Of a stretch of DNA of 64,000 nt, positions 1-9,750 are shown piece by piece; position 1 is the first letter of the stretch, and the number at the start of each line of letters is the position of its first letter. Below the pieces are notes generated by a model, which saw nothing but the letters and a program-made list of their open reading frames with translations, was not told the DNA's origin and searched no databases. The DNA is taken from IMG/VR virus record IMGVR_UViG_3300044617_001027. One strand, written 5' to 3'. A program made the position numbers and the translations under genes. This stretch comes from an uncultured virus (IMG/VR IMGVR_UViG_3300044617_001027). Lineage: Duplodnaviria > Heunggongvirae > Uroviricota > Caudoviricetes.

Positions 1-1298
1 TATTCTTCTAATATAAAAGTATCTTTTGAATTTACTCCAGCTCTAGGTTTCTCAACAGTATGCATTGTTGAATTTATAGCTTCCCATATTATATTTCTAT
101 GTATTAATATCTTTCTAAAATCTATATAATCTCCATAATGAGATTTTATTCCATCTAAAGCTATTCCTTTTTCGTAATTCTTTCCTGTAACTTTAATTTC
201 TTTATCTCTGTAATCTCCTGCTCCATTACCTAATATAAGAATTTTTCTAGGATCGCAGGATCTAACCACTATGGAGTTACATAATGATACGGTAGAGCAT
301 CTTGGTTTTTCTGCGAATCCTACATAAACATCTCTAATTCCTGAATCTGAATCTGTATATTTAGCATATAAAGGATAGAGACAAAACTCATTTATTAATC
401 TGTCTACTACATATTGTAAAGTAAAAAACTCATCTGTAGTTGTCTGTGCGGTAGGTATTTGATCTGGGTCTGCACTTAAAGCCGTACCTTCTACGGGTTG
501 ATAAACAATTATATCACTCTTTGTTAGTTGCCCTCTAAAATTCAAATATTGTATGCCATTGCTAACTTTACCTTCATAACTTTTTTTTCTTTCGTAAGGA
601 ACTATGGTTCCATCAGGTATATCATCTGTTAAGGTGGCTCCTGATTTCTGAGCATCATATAACATCAATTCATAATATCCGTTAACTTGGGATTCTACAA
701 CTTTACTATCAAAAGTTTTATTATGTTTATAATAAAGTTTAGCATTATCCCATATTCCACTAAATCCAATATCAACGGAAGAAAAAACTTCTCCCGGTCC
801 TATAGCCTCAAAAGATAACTGGTAATAATTTTCATTTGTAGTTTGCCAGGTTCCGTAAGCTATATAACATCCTGAAACTGTATAGGAAGGGCATCCGTCA
901 AAAGGAGCGGCATAAGCCATTGTTATAGATAATTGATTTTTAGGGTCGTTAATACAAAAAACTTCAGAGTATCTTATAAAGTCAGACAGAGTATAAACTT
1001 CAATAGTTCCCCTTATTCTCATAGAAAGATTTACTAAGGACGCATCGTGTCCTATTCTTTCTATTTCGGCTCGTAATAAATTGGGTCTAGGTTTAAGGGA
1101 TCTAGGGCTATAAGTTTGCGTAAAAGTGTCTTCTCTTGTAGATACAGTTATTCCTTGTTTTTTTATAGTACAATATGCTGTATTTCTTGTTTTTGGTTTG
1201 TAATAATTCTCTGTATTACCTTTTGAGTAAAGGTTAAGTCTGCTACCAAGAACATTTTTTACAGAATCCGGTATTTTTCTTCTAAAAGGGGGTGCCAT
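1..1298 (-). CDS. Partial ORF running off the window start; putative baseplate hub/tail protein
   Basis: Missing from the ORF track. The ATG at 1298 reads MAPPFRRKIPDSVKNVLGSRLNLYSKG... and overlaps the end of the LysM-like gene. The product is inferred from position only. Confidence 0.6.
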   Translation of the reverse strand, partial: MAPPFRRKIPDSVKNVLGSRLNLYSKGNTENYYKPKTRNTAYCTIKKQGITVSTREDTFTQTYSPRSLKPRPNLLRAEIERIGHDASLVNLSMRIRGTIEVYTLSDFIRYSEVFCINDPKNQLSITMAYAAPFDGCPSYTVSGCYIAYGTWQTTNENYYQLSFEAIGPGEVFSSVDIGFSGIWDNAKLYYKHNKTFDSKVVESQVNGYYELMLYDAQKSGATLTDDIPDGTIVPYERKKSYEGKVSNGIQYLNFRGQLTKSDIIVYQPVEGTALSADPDQIPTAQTTTDEFFTLQYVVDRLINEFCLYPLYAKYTDSDSGIRDVYVGFAEKPRCSTVSLCNSIVVRSCDPRKILILGNGAGDYRDKEIKVTGKNYEKGIALDGIKSHYGDYIDFRKILIHRNIIWEAINSTMHTVEKPRAGVNSKDTFILEE

Positions 1299-1599
1299 TT
1301 ATTGATTCATTTTTTAATTGTTCTAATTCTAAATCATCTAAAGGATATGGAATTCTTAATCTTATCCCAATAGGAGGTACAATAGACCCTTTTCCTATGT
1401 CATTTTCATTAGCTAGTATCCACCAATATCTAGGATCTCCGTAGTAATCGTTGGCTAATAAATCAAGTCTATCTCCTGCTTTAGCATATATAAAAAAATC
1501 ACTAGTCTTGAAGGGTATCTTGTAGTAATATGTAGTGCTATACCTTCTAACACCTGATTCTTCTTTAATTACAGTGGTTATGTTTTCGTATCTATTCAT
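1282..1599 (-). CDS. LysM-like baseplate protein (T4 gp53 / P2 gpX-like)
   Basis: Motif GDRLDLLANDYYGDPRYWWILANEN...GIRLRIP; lies downstream of the tape measure and tube-initiator genes. Confidence 0.75.
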   Translation of the reverse strand: MNRYENITTVIKEESGVRRYSTTYYYKIPFKTSDFFIYAKAGDRLDLLANDYYGDPRYWWILANENDIGKGSIVPPIGIRLRIPYPLDDLELEQLKNESINGTPF

Positions 1600-2456
1600 T
1601 ATCCAAAAAAGTTTGATGCCACTTGAGGTTTTCTTTTACCTATATATCCAATTTCCATAGAAACATTTGTAATCATAGGTAACTCTTTATCTTCGTCCCA
1701 TACTATTTGTGAATTATCCCAATCAAAAGTTAATCCTTTTATGTAACCCATTTCTTCTGTATATAGTTTACCTATACTAAACTTAACATAAGAACCAACA
1801 AACGGTCCGTTATATACAGGAAGTGCAAGTTTAGATAATTCATTAAGTTTAGCAGTGACAGAGTCTATACTTATTCCGGATGTGATATTGGGGTATGTAA
1901 TGTTAGCTACTCTTGTAGATAATGTAGATGTTTTAGAGGCATCATTTAAGTTTATCGATACGTCTCTTGTAGCGTACTCAGTACCCGAAGCTCTTTGTAT
2001 TGAGCCGCCAATACTAACTCCCTGCTCTCCTCTAATATTAGTTAAATTACTTGTCGGTGGATCTGTTAAAATTCTAGATTTCTCAAAAGCATCTCTAGTT
2101 CTATTATTAGATTTTAGAGATAGCCTAAAGTCTAAAGGGTCTTCTGTCATATTATATAGAGGGTTTACCTCACTCTCTACTGCGACCGTAAAAGACAAAG
2201 ATATAGTTCTACTAAAACTTTTATATAATATTTTTGCATCTGCTCGTCCTATATCCAACCTTTCATCCCATTCAGGGCTAGATGAATCAGATATAGTATT
2301 TATGTATGCCATTAATAGTATTTCGTTGCCATTTTTAACGGATCCAGCAGATATTCGCTGAAATTTAAAAGTAAATGGTTTTTTTCTATCTCTTAGAGAT
2401 AGACTGCCTCCTGCTGAAGAATTTATTGTTGATTTTGCATCTACTGGAAATACCAT
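1599..2456 (-). CDS. Tail tube initiator / baseplate-tube junction protein
   Basis: Tube-like motifs GRAD...YKSFSRTISLSF and GYIKGLTFDWD...WD...LPM; lies between the tape measure and the LysM gene. Confidence 0.55.
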   Translation of the reverse strand: MVFPVDAKSTINSSAGGSLSLRDRKKPFTFKFQRISAGSVKNGNEILLMAYINTISDSSSPEWDERLDIGRADAKILYKSFSRTISLSFTVAVESEVNPLYNMTEDPLDFRLSLKSNNRTRDAFEKSRILTDPPTSNLTNIRGEQGVSIGGSIQRASGTEYATRDVSINLNDASKTSTLSTRVANITYPNITSGISIDSVTAKLNELSKLALPVYNGPFVGSYVKFSIGKLYTEEMGYIKGLTFDWDNSQIVWDEDKELPMITNVSMEIGYIGKRKPQVASNFFG

Positions 2457-2470
2457 GGGTGTGATTTATT

Positions 2471-5400
2471 TTATGGTGTACCTTTAACTCTAATATAACT
2501 CGCTGTTTGTTTTCTTCCCTCATCATTAAAAAAGGCTAAAGCCGGCTGATTTAATCTTTTTATCATTTCCTGCATTAATTTCGTTTGTTCTTGAGCCTCT
2601 TTTATTAGGGCGTCATCCGTTTTTTCTTTTTCCTTAAGAGTACTTTGCACTAAAGCAGTCGAGGCTACGCTTTTGCTTACTTTATTAATCATTACGGATT
2701 CTCTAGCTATATTTGATGTCATTCCGTAATTAGGAGAAATAGTTGACAAACTATTTGTAGGTGATTTAAAAGTAGTAGGAGTCATATCAACCATAGAGGT
2801 CTCTACAGGAGTTCCAGTTGCTTTTGGCTTATTATTGGCAACAATTGATCCAGCAGTGTTCAAACCCATACCCGCGTAAATACCATAACCTCCTGTAAAA
2901 GAAGATGATTTATTTTTATCAAAATGAGAATCTACTATAGAGGTTGAAGCAGTATTTCCAAAGTACGCTCCTAAAAGCCCTCCTACTACAGATCCTACTC
3001 CGGGTAATAGCATGGTGCCAATAGCGGCTCCAAATGCAGCTCCTCCCAAACTGCCCAAAGCTCCTGAAATGGAGCCCGCGGCAGCCTGCGCAGTAGATTG
3101 TCCCGATTCTTTTCTATTCATATAATCTAATCCTGCAAAAATAGCTGACGTAAACCCCCCTGTTTTTATTACGCTCTTTATTAGATTTCCCGCTTTAAAG
3201 TTCTTTAAATTATTTTCAAAACTTTTAAATAATCCCGGTTTAATTGTAGGAGTTGATGGCAATCTGTTTGCTTTAAATCTTCTATCCGGTAAACCTTTTT
3301 TGGTTAATCGTCCTTTTTTATTTTTACTAGTTCCTGTATCTATCCCATCTGTTAAATTATCAAGTAAATTACCTCCACTATTTTGATTACTGCCTCCGAG
3401 AGATACAACATACATAGGATTTGTCTTTGTGCCTAATGTTCCTGTTAATGTATCATAACCTTCCCTTGCTTTACCTATAACACCTCCTATTTGTTTTCCA
3501 ACAGGTCCTTTTATCATTTCTAATACTTTAGCTCCCATAACGGTTGCCATGAGAGCGCCTCCTCCCATTTGATACATATCAGGGGTTTTTATTCCTCCAC
3601 CCCCTATTGCAGCATCAGAATTAGCTCCAGTAATACCGCCTAAGTATTTTTTTACTAACTCTCCGAATTTATGTATGGCACTTGCTAATAAATCAACTAC
3701 AGGTACTACGGCTTCTAAAACAGGGGCTAAAGCGTACCTAAATGATACTGATAGTTGTTCTATGGATGTATTATATCTTTCAGCAGCTTGTACTTTATTT
3801 AATTCTGTTCTGTAAAGTTCATCATTTGTTCCTGCTATTTTTTTCAAATAGTCATCATGTCTCATGGCTAATTCTAAATCCTCAGAATTACTCAGTTTTA
3901 TTTTTTCTCGAAGATATAAACTTCTTTCTAGTTCTGATACCTCTAATCCTAAAAGATTTGCAGATAATTGTCTTTGTGCAAAATCCTGTTTTTGAAATCC
4001 TTCATACCCTCCCGGAATGGCATTCATCATTTCTGTCATAGCTCCGGCAACATCATCCTGTAAAAGCAATTCTCTAGCTTTTCCAATATCAACATGCGTA
4101 CCTAATGCTACAGATGCTTCAACTTCTGCTGTAATGCTTTGCTCAAATGACAATAGATGCTGTGTCATTTTAGATGCCTTCTGAAAATTTAATCCTAAGT
4201 TTTTTACTTGTATATTAGTTTCGATTAAATTTCTATGAGCAGATTTAGAATCTGTCTTAATCTTAGAAAAATATTTTGATGCAAATTCAGCATTTTGAGC
4301 TATATCATCTACTATGGATTGGGGAGAAAATCCTCTTTTATCTGCAAGTTCTAGTGATGCAGTCATGACATTATTCGCCTCAGTATCACCCGCCCCTTTC
4401 ATTCTTAAATTCTCATAAAATGCACCGGCAGATTCTACAGACAATCCTATATTTTTTGCATTGTCAGCTATGGCAGATAATGCTTTATCATTTGTTCTTA
4501 ATAAAATGCCAGAATCTCCTAGAATGCCTTTTTGAGCATCCATAACATCTCTTAAGCTAGCATGTAAATTTTCAAATTGAGTTTGAGCATTCATAGCATT
4601 TTTAAACATCTCATAGGATTGTCTATTTGATGTTCCTAATTCTGCTGCTATTTCCTTTATTTGAGTATTTACTTTTTGAGCTGCATTAAAAATTGTTTTA
4701 CCTAAAAGTATCCCTATGGTTGTTAATCCTGCTACTATAACGGTGAAAGGTGATACGCTGTACATTGCTTTTAGTGACGCCCACATACCTTTAAATGCGC
4801 TACCAGATGCCGCATATTTTTTATCAAATGCTTCGTACCCTTCTCGTAAAGTTTCTAAAGCACTTTTTCTAGCTTTTAATATAGCGTCGTTAAATCCTGG
4901 AATCCATCCTGCAAAAGCATCTGTCTTAGCGTATAAAAAAGTTAATTCTTGTTCTCCTTCTTTAAATATTGTCTTTAATCTTTTTCTAAAGGGGTCTGCT
5001 TCTCTTTCGGCTTTTAACTTTGCTTTATCTTCTTTAGCTTTTTTTTCTTCTTCTTTCCTCTTTTTTTCTTCTGCTTTTGCTATATTTTCTAGTGAATTAG
5101 GGTCTTCTTTATCTTTTCTCTTTTGAGCTCTTTCTGCTGCGTCGGCTTCTTTTTTCTTTTTAGCTATACTTTCGGGTGAATTAGGATCTGCTATTCTCTT
5201 TTTTTCCTTTTCTGCTTCTTTATCTTTTTTTCTTTTTTCTGCTGCTGCTTTTTTTCTTCTAGCTTCTTGCATTTTAGCTAGGTTTTCATTACTTTCTCTA
5301 CTTTTTCTTAATTCTTCGGCTAATTTATCCATATCACCTGTTCCGCCCCCTGTACTAGAAAGACCTCCTAACTCGTCTTTTAATAACTTCATAACAGATG

Positions 5401-6916
5401 GGTCTATTCCAAATAAAACCATATTTAAAGCAGGAGATGCAGAATAATAGTCTAAAGCTTTTTTCATTGCTTCATAAACTGTATTTCCTATCTTATCTAT
5501 TGCCGAATCACTAAATTCAGATGGCGCGCTTATCGGAGAATTTGAAAATTGACTAAAAGCTCTAGCAGTTCCATTAAATACCGCTTGCTCAATTATTTTA
5601 AGCATTTCATCCGATACTTCTCCTGGTGATTGTGACCCTCCTCCGTATTCAACTTTAGGCTTAACCTCTTCAATAGGTGATTGTGACCCTCCTCCGTATT
5701 CAACTTTAGGCTTAACCTCTTCAATAGGTGATTGTGACCCTCCTCCGTATTCAACTTTAGGCTTAACCTCTTCAATAGGTGATTGTGACCCTCCTCCGGA
5801 TTCATCTTTAGGCTGTACATTTTCAAGATTTGTCGTTTCGAAAGCAGACGTATCTCTAGGTTTAAATTTTGCTTCTCTATTTTTAAGAAATCTAGCTTTC
5901 ATCTCTTCCCCAATAGAATCTATTTCAGGTCTATCTCCAAATCCTCTTGTTTGTTTAATTTGCTGATATAACTCTTTTCCTGAAGTTATATTTTTTTTCT
6001 TATTACCTGAAGCTGCATATTTTATTATATCCGGGGCTAATACTCCAAAAGTATCTTCTATTTTTTTCTTGATTTCTCGCTCATTATCGGATTGCTCTCC
6101 AGAATCTATTTTTGGTTCTTGTGCTTTTATAAAAGAAATAGATGCCTTAACGGCATCTGATAATTCACTTTCTTGTATATTAGGAAGTTTTCCTCTTAGA
6201 GCAGCCTCATAAGCTTTTTGTTTATCTATTTTTTGTTGTGCTTCTAAGTTTTGCTTGCTAAAGGAAAATCCTTTTGATTTCTCGTTAGCTAGAATATTAC
6301 CTGATTTTCCTACGTCAGTTTTTAATTTATTAATTTGTGAAGACAGACTACCTGCGTCTTTAGGGTTTCCTAGAGTACTTTGTATTCCTTGTAGATAATA
6401 TTGTGGCTCTGCAAATTGAATACCTTGGTCTTTTAAAATAGGTTGTTCATGTAATAAATAAGCATTTGTGTTTGCTCTATGTACTAAATAATTAGAATTA
6501 GTGAATACAGTTTGTATAAATTCTATCAAGGAAGGTATAGCACCTGTTATTTCTTGTATTATTTGACCTCTTTTTTCCTCTTCCTTCTTAGTAGTAAGTT
6601 TATTTGCGTCTTCAATTTTTTGTATAACACTATCTATAGTTTCTATAGCTGAATCTATACTAGATAGAGCAATATCTTTTTTCCTATCCTCTTCATTTAT
6701 CAATATCTTTAATCCTCTAAGATATTTATCTACGCTTTTTCTAGTTTGCGGGATTGCATTTACTTGTTTTAACTGATTTTCATAATTAGTTTCTGTTTTC
6801 TCTGTTAATTCTCTTAGTTCTTTGTGGCCATCTTCTAAGTTTTTTTTCAATTTTCCTAAATCACCTTTAGTTGATCCTAATAAATTTTTTAAATGACCTA
6901 AATTAGCTTTATTCAT
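2471..6916 (-). CDS. Tape measure protein
   Basis: 1481 aa, helical/coiled-coil and Ala/Lys rich, with hydrophobic Gly/Ala segments (GALGSLGGAAFGAAIGTMLLPGVG). It follows the tube and chaperone genes. Confidence 0.8.
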   Translation of the reverse strand: MNKANLGHLKNLLGSTKGDLGKLKKNLEDGHKELRELTEKTETNYENQLKQVNAIPQTRKSVDKYLRGLKILINEEDRKKDIALSSIDSAIETIDSVIQKIEDANKLTTKKEEEKRGQIIQEITGAIPSLIEFIQTVFTNSNYLVHRANTNAYLLHEQPILKDQGIQFAEPQYYLQGIQSTLGNPKDAGSLSSQINKLKTDVGKSGNILANEKSKGFSFSKQNLEAQQKIDKQKAYEAALRGKLPNIQESELSDAVKASISFIKAQEPKIDSGEQSDNEREIKKKIEDTFGVLAPDIIKYAASGNKKKNITSGKELYQQIKQTRGFGDRPEIDSIGEEMKARFLKNREAKFKPRDTSAFETTNLENVQPKDESGGGSQSPIEEVKPKVEYGGGSQSPIEEVKPKVEYGGGSQSPIEEVKPKVEYGGGSQSPGEVSDEMLKIIEQAVFNGTARAFSQFSNSPISAPSEFSDSAIDKIGNTVYEAMKKALDYYSASPALNMVLFGIDPSVMKLLKDELGGLSSTGGGTGDMDKLAEELRKSRESNENLAKMQEARRKKAAAEKRKKDKEAEKEKKRIADPNSPESIAKKKKEADAAERAQKRKDKEDPNSLENIAKAEEKKRKEEEKKAKEDKAKLKAEREADPFRKRLKTIFKEGEQELTFLYAKTDAFAGWIPGFNDAILKARKSALETLREGYEAFDKKYAASGSAFKGMWASLKAMYSVSPFTVIVAGLTTIGILLGKTIFNAAQKVNTQIKEIAAELGTSNRQSYEMFKNAMNAQTQFENLHASLRDVMDAQKGILGDSGILLRTNDKALSAIADNAKNIGLSVESAGAFYENLRMKGAGDTEANNVMTASLELADKRGFSPQSIVDDIAQNAEFASKYFSKIKTDSKSAHRNLIETNIQVKNLGLNFQKASKMTQHLLSFEQSITAEVEASVALGTHVDIGKARELLLQDDVAGAMTEMMNAIPGGYEGFQKQDFAQRQLSANLLGLEVSELERSLYLREKIKLSNSEDLELAMRHDDYLKKIAGTNDELYRTELNKVQAAERYNTSIEQLSVSFRYALAPVLEAVVPVVDLLASAIHKFGELVKKYLGGITGANSDAAIGGGGIKTPDMYQMGGGALMATVMGAKVLEMIKGPVGKQIGGVIGKAREGYDTLTGTLGTKTNPMYVVSLGGSNQNSGGNLLDNLTDGIDTGTSKNKKGRLTKKGLPDRRFKANRLPSTPTIKPGLFKSFENNLKNFKAGNLIKSVIKTGGFTSAIFAGLDYMNRKESGQSTAQAAAGSISGALGSLGGAAFGAAIGTMLLPGVGSVVGGLLGAYFGNTASTSIVDSHFDKNKSSSFTGGYGIYAGMGLNTAGSIVANNKPKATGTPVETSMVDMTPTTFKSPTNSLSTISPNYGMTSNIARESVMINKVSKSVASTALVQSTLKEKEKTDDALIKEAQEQTKLMQEMIKRLNQPALAFFNDEGRKQTASYIRVKGTP
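5625..5798. repeat. 51-bp perfect tandem repeat (3 copies plus a partial) inside the tape measure gene
   Basis: The unit ggtgattgtgaccctcctccgtattcaactttaggcttaacctcttcaata starts at 5625, 5676 and 5727, with a partial copy at 5778. It encodes GGGSQSPIEEVKPKVEY. Confidence 0.95.
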
Positions 6917-6940
6917 TTTATATATTTTAGATATTTATTT

Positions 6941-7144
6941 TTATTTTAATTTTCTAAAATGTCTGTTATTAGAATCAGAATCATGTTTTAGAGATTGCAG
7001 ACGTTGTAATCTTTGAGCTCTTAGATTTTTTAATTTCTCATCTTCCTTTGCAGCATTATACATTCTACCCACCATTTTTAATTGTGTAGGGATGGCTAAT
7101 AATGAAAAAAGGGAGGAGAGAATCCCCTCCCTAACTTCTTTCAT
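6941..7144 (-). CDS. Small hypothetical protein (likely start MKEVREG at 7144)
   Basis: The ORF fills the gap between the chaperone and the tape measure. The ATG at 7144 abuts the upstream stop codon. Confidence 0.5.
   Translation of the reverse strand: MKEVREGILSSLFSLLAIPTQLKMVGRMYNAAKEDEKLKNLRAQRLQRLQSLKHDSDSNNRHFRKLK
7105..7132 (-). terminator. Intrinsic terminator-like hairpin after the tail chaperone genes
   Basis: Minus strand reads AGGGAGGGGA-TTC-TCTCCTCCCT followed by a T run. Confidence 0.6.
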
Positions 7145-7145
7145 T

Positions 7146-7355
7146 CTATCTTCTTGATTTTTTGGATGCTTTTTTATTTGCTTCATTTCTCTCTTCATAA
7201 GCTTCTAATAATCTATTGTAAAAGAATTTTCTAATAAATATAGGCATGTCCATCAAATCATTATATGTAAATCCTTTTCCATAATGAATTAGTTGAAAAA
7301 CTTCTTCATATATGTACTGTCTATCTCTCGAGGTCAGGCCAAAAAAATCTTTCAT
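7146..7355 (-). CDS. Small tail/baseplate assembly chaperone (gp51-like); possibly a frameshift extension of the upstream gene
   Basis: Motif EEVFQLIHYGKGFTYNDLMDMPIFIRKFF; overlaps the upstream ORF by 35 nt across a T7 run. Confidence 0.6.
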   Translation of the reverse strand: MKDFFGLTSRDRQYIYEEVFQLIHYGKGFTYNDLMDMPIFIRKFFYNRLLEAYEERNEANKKASKKSRR

Positions 7356-8166
7356 CGAAAACCACTGGAGTGCGAAATGGCTCCCCGGTGTACCGGTCTA
7401 TCACTTCTACGTTAAAATCTACATCCGGTTGGATTTTACTTAAGAAAGATCTGATAGCTCTACTGTCTGCTGCTAGTAAATCTGTGTCAATGTAGTTTCT
7501 AATGTACACTAAGTCAACATTATTATCAAGAGCTACAATCATGTGCTTTAATCTCAATGTTAATAAGCCCGGATCTTTTCCTACTTTTTCGTAAGATTTA
7601 ACGATAGCATCAATTTCCTTATCTTCTTTTCCTGTTAATAACTTAACATGGACTTCTTTTTTAGATTTAGGTAAAGTTAACTTAAATAAATTGCTATTCT
7701 TAGTTACTAATACGGATTCGTCAATCGGTTTAGGTTTTAATTCACTTAAATTGATTGTTGTGTCTTGTGTATTGCCTGACGGCGTGGTAACTTGGATTAC
7801 GTACTCGTCCCCATAAGCTGCAATCCTAGATGCAATCATAATGGCATTCTTGTCTCCGACTAATAAATCATCCCAATCAATCTCTGATACAAGCAAGTTG
7901 CGGAACATTCTTTCAATAGCCGTTCCTTGCATGATATAATTTTGGTTGGTTAGAATATCCTCGTCTTTAGCTGTCATGTATCTTAACTCTACTTGACCCG
8001 AGGATAGAGGGTTTTCTTTAGGGTAAAAAAGACCTCTAGATGGTAAATCTACTAATAATGTAGTCTGATTTAGTCCTTGAGGGACAGTTGGAATAACCGG
8101 AATAGGAATTTCCATACCGTCTTCACTAGGACTTTGATTAAATGTAACTTCTCTGTCTGGTTTCAT
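7321..8166 (-). CDS. T4 gp26-like baseplate hub / tail assembly chaperone
   Basis: Motifs VDLPSRGLFYP, ELRYMTAKDEDILT and LLVGDKNAIMIASRIAAYG, with C-terminal FFWP; lies between the tubes and the tape measure. Confidence 0.7.
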   Translation of the reverse strand: MKPDREVTFNQSPSEDGMEIPIPVIPTVPQGLNQTTLLVDLPSRGLFYPKENPLSSGQVELRYMTAKDEDILTNQNYIMQGTAIERMFRNLLVSEIDWDDLLVGDKNAIMIASRIAAYGDEYVIQVTTPSGNTQDTTINLSELKPKPIDESVLVTKNSNLFKLTLPKSKKEVHVKLLTGKEDKEIDAIVKSYEKVGKDPGLLTLRLKHMIVALDNNVDLVYIRNYIDTDLLAADSRAIRSFLSKIQPDVDFNVEVIDRYTGEPFRTPVVFDERFFWPDLER

Positions 8167-8187
8167 AATATTTATGTTTGTTTAATT

Positions 8188-8931
8188 TTATGCTAATCCT
8201 TGTCCTCTTAATGACGCAGGTATTATACTTTCGGGTTTTATTTTATTAAAAATAGAATCTCCGTTATATGGAAGAACCTTTCGTTCGTTAGCGTCTTTTA
8301 TTAACGCATAATCATACATAATTGTTATAGAGCAAGTAGATAAAGAATCGTCAGATAAATCTAAATCTCCCCACTTTACCGCAGAAACATACGCACCATG
8401 TATTTCCCATCTTTCGGACTGTATATTTGTTCTAGGCATTAATGTTTCTAACACTAATGTTTTCTTGTATGTTTCTAATGCGTATTCTCTGCCTCCTATA
8501 TAGTTTGAGTGCGTATTTAGTATCCACTCGTATATTAAAACAGAAGAATCGTTACTCACTTCCTCTGAGCTAGATAAAGGGTCTACAAAAGGATTATTAG
8601 CTGCTCTAGGAGAAAATCTATGTGCTGCCACAGGGTCATATAGTACTATCTCTATAGGATCCCATGTCATCTTACCTTTAAAGTTTGTCTTTGTGTTAAT
8701 GTACTGTAATTCTATATTATCGTAGGTAAATCCAGGCTTAGTGGCTGATTTTACTAAATAACTAGGTATATATATTCCTTGTACGTCTAAGTAGAGGACA
8801 AATCTATTTTTTAATTTAGGTTCAAAGTAGGCAAAAGGTCTGTATTGAGTATATTCAGAAGCACCCGTAGTATCTATAGCTACTGATCTGTCTATTTTTT
8901 TCTGTCTAAATATGGGCGTAGATTTAGCCAT
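8188..8931 (-). CDS. Tail tube protein paralog 3 (gp19-like)
   Basis: Motifs FEPKLKNRF, KGKMTWDPIEIVLYDP and WEIHGAYVSAVKWGDLD...ITIMYDYA. Confidence 0.8.
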   Translation of the reverse strand: MAKSTPIFRQKKIDRSVAIDTTGASEYTQYRPFAYFEPKLKNRFVLYLDVQGIYIPSYLVKSATKPGFTYDNIELQYINTKTNFKGKMTWDPIEIVLYDPVAAHRFSPRAANNPFVDPLSSSEEVSNDSSVLIYEWILNTHSNYIGGREYALETYKKTLVLETLMPRTNIQSERWEIHGAYVSAVKWGDLDLSDDSLSTCSITIMYDYALIKDANERKVLPYNGDSIFNKIKPESIIPASLRGQGLA

Positions 8932-8985
8932 TTCTTTTTATAATAAATATACTAAAAACTTAAAATTAATACAAAACAAGGAAAA

Positions 8986-9696
8986 CTAGTTCCTTCCGCC
9001 ACCACCTCCACCACCGCCAATCAAATTACCTAGTGCACTTATCGCACCTCCTGCAAGTGCTTGAGCGGCACCTTTTCCAATATTTATAGCTGCATCTCCT
9101 AATTGCTTTCCGAAATTAGCGCCTCCGCCATCTAATCCAGGTCCTTCAACATCAGGAAGTTTTACTTTACTACCTCTAACCATGGCATAATCATATACTA
9201 TTGTTCCTTCCATCAATACTAAATCATCACTAGACATGTCAAATTCTCCCCATTTAATAGAATCAAAAAATGCTCCTACTAATACGAAAGAATCCATGAC
9301 ATCTCCATGAGGTGATAATGATCTTAAATATAATGTTCTTTTATATTCATGTATAAAACCATCTTCTCCCGGAGTTAAAAGATTAAAAGATGTTCCCGTT
9401 GTGCCGGAATTGTGATGATAGTTATTAATGTAATCATGTAACATTTTGGCACCATTATCTTCAATTGGATCATAAAAACGTATTGTTATGGGCTGCCATC
9501 TTGATTTTCCTTTAACGTGAAATTCTGTATTTATGTAATCTACTGTGATATGATTATTCTCTAAAGTAGGTCTTTCTGCTGATTTTATGGCATACGTAGG
9601 AAAAAAAGGACCAAAAGGATCTGCCTGCATATATAACTCAAAGCGCATTTGCTGCTTTGGATTAAAATACTTAAAAGGTTTGTGTGTAAATGCCAT
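8986..9696 (-). CDS. Tail tube protein paralog 2 (gp19-like); start moved to MAFTHKPF
   Basis: Closely similar to 9751..10341 (FKYFNPKQQMR, VDYINTEF.VKGKSRWQ). The track start at 9723 lies inside a hairpin. Confidence 0.8.
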   Translation of the reverse strand: MAFTHKPFKYFNPKQQMRFELYMQADPFGPFFPTYAIKSAERPTLENNHITVDYINTEFHVKGKSRWQPITIRFYDPIEDNGAKMLHDYINNYHHNSGTTGTSFNLLTPGEDGFIHEYKRTLYLRSLSPHGDVMDSFVLVGAFFDSIKWGEFDMSSDDLVLMEGTIVYDYAMVRGSKVKLPDVEGPGLDGGGANFGKQLGDAAINIGKGAAQALAGGAISALGNLIGGGGGGGGRN

Positions 9697-9710
9697 GTGT
9701 ATTTTATAAG

Positions 9711-9738
9711 CACAGAGGTGCATTTATGCACCTCTGTG
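9711..9738. terminator. Perfect 13-bp inverted repeat between tube paralogs 1 and 2 (terminator, attenuator or stability hairpin)
   Basis: cacagaggtgcat-tt-atgcacctctgtg. Confidence 0.65.
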
Positions 9739-9750
9739 GTTTATTAATAA

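Noticed and set aside
5625..5798. Possible CRISPR array
   Set aside because: The units are contiguous and identical with no unique spacers, and they are in frame within the tape measure gene.
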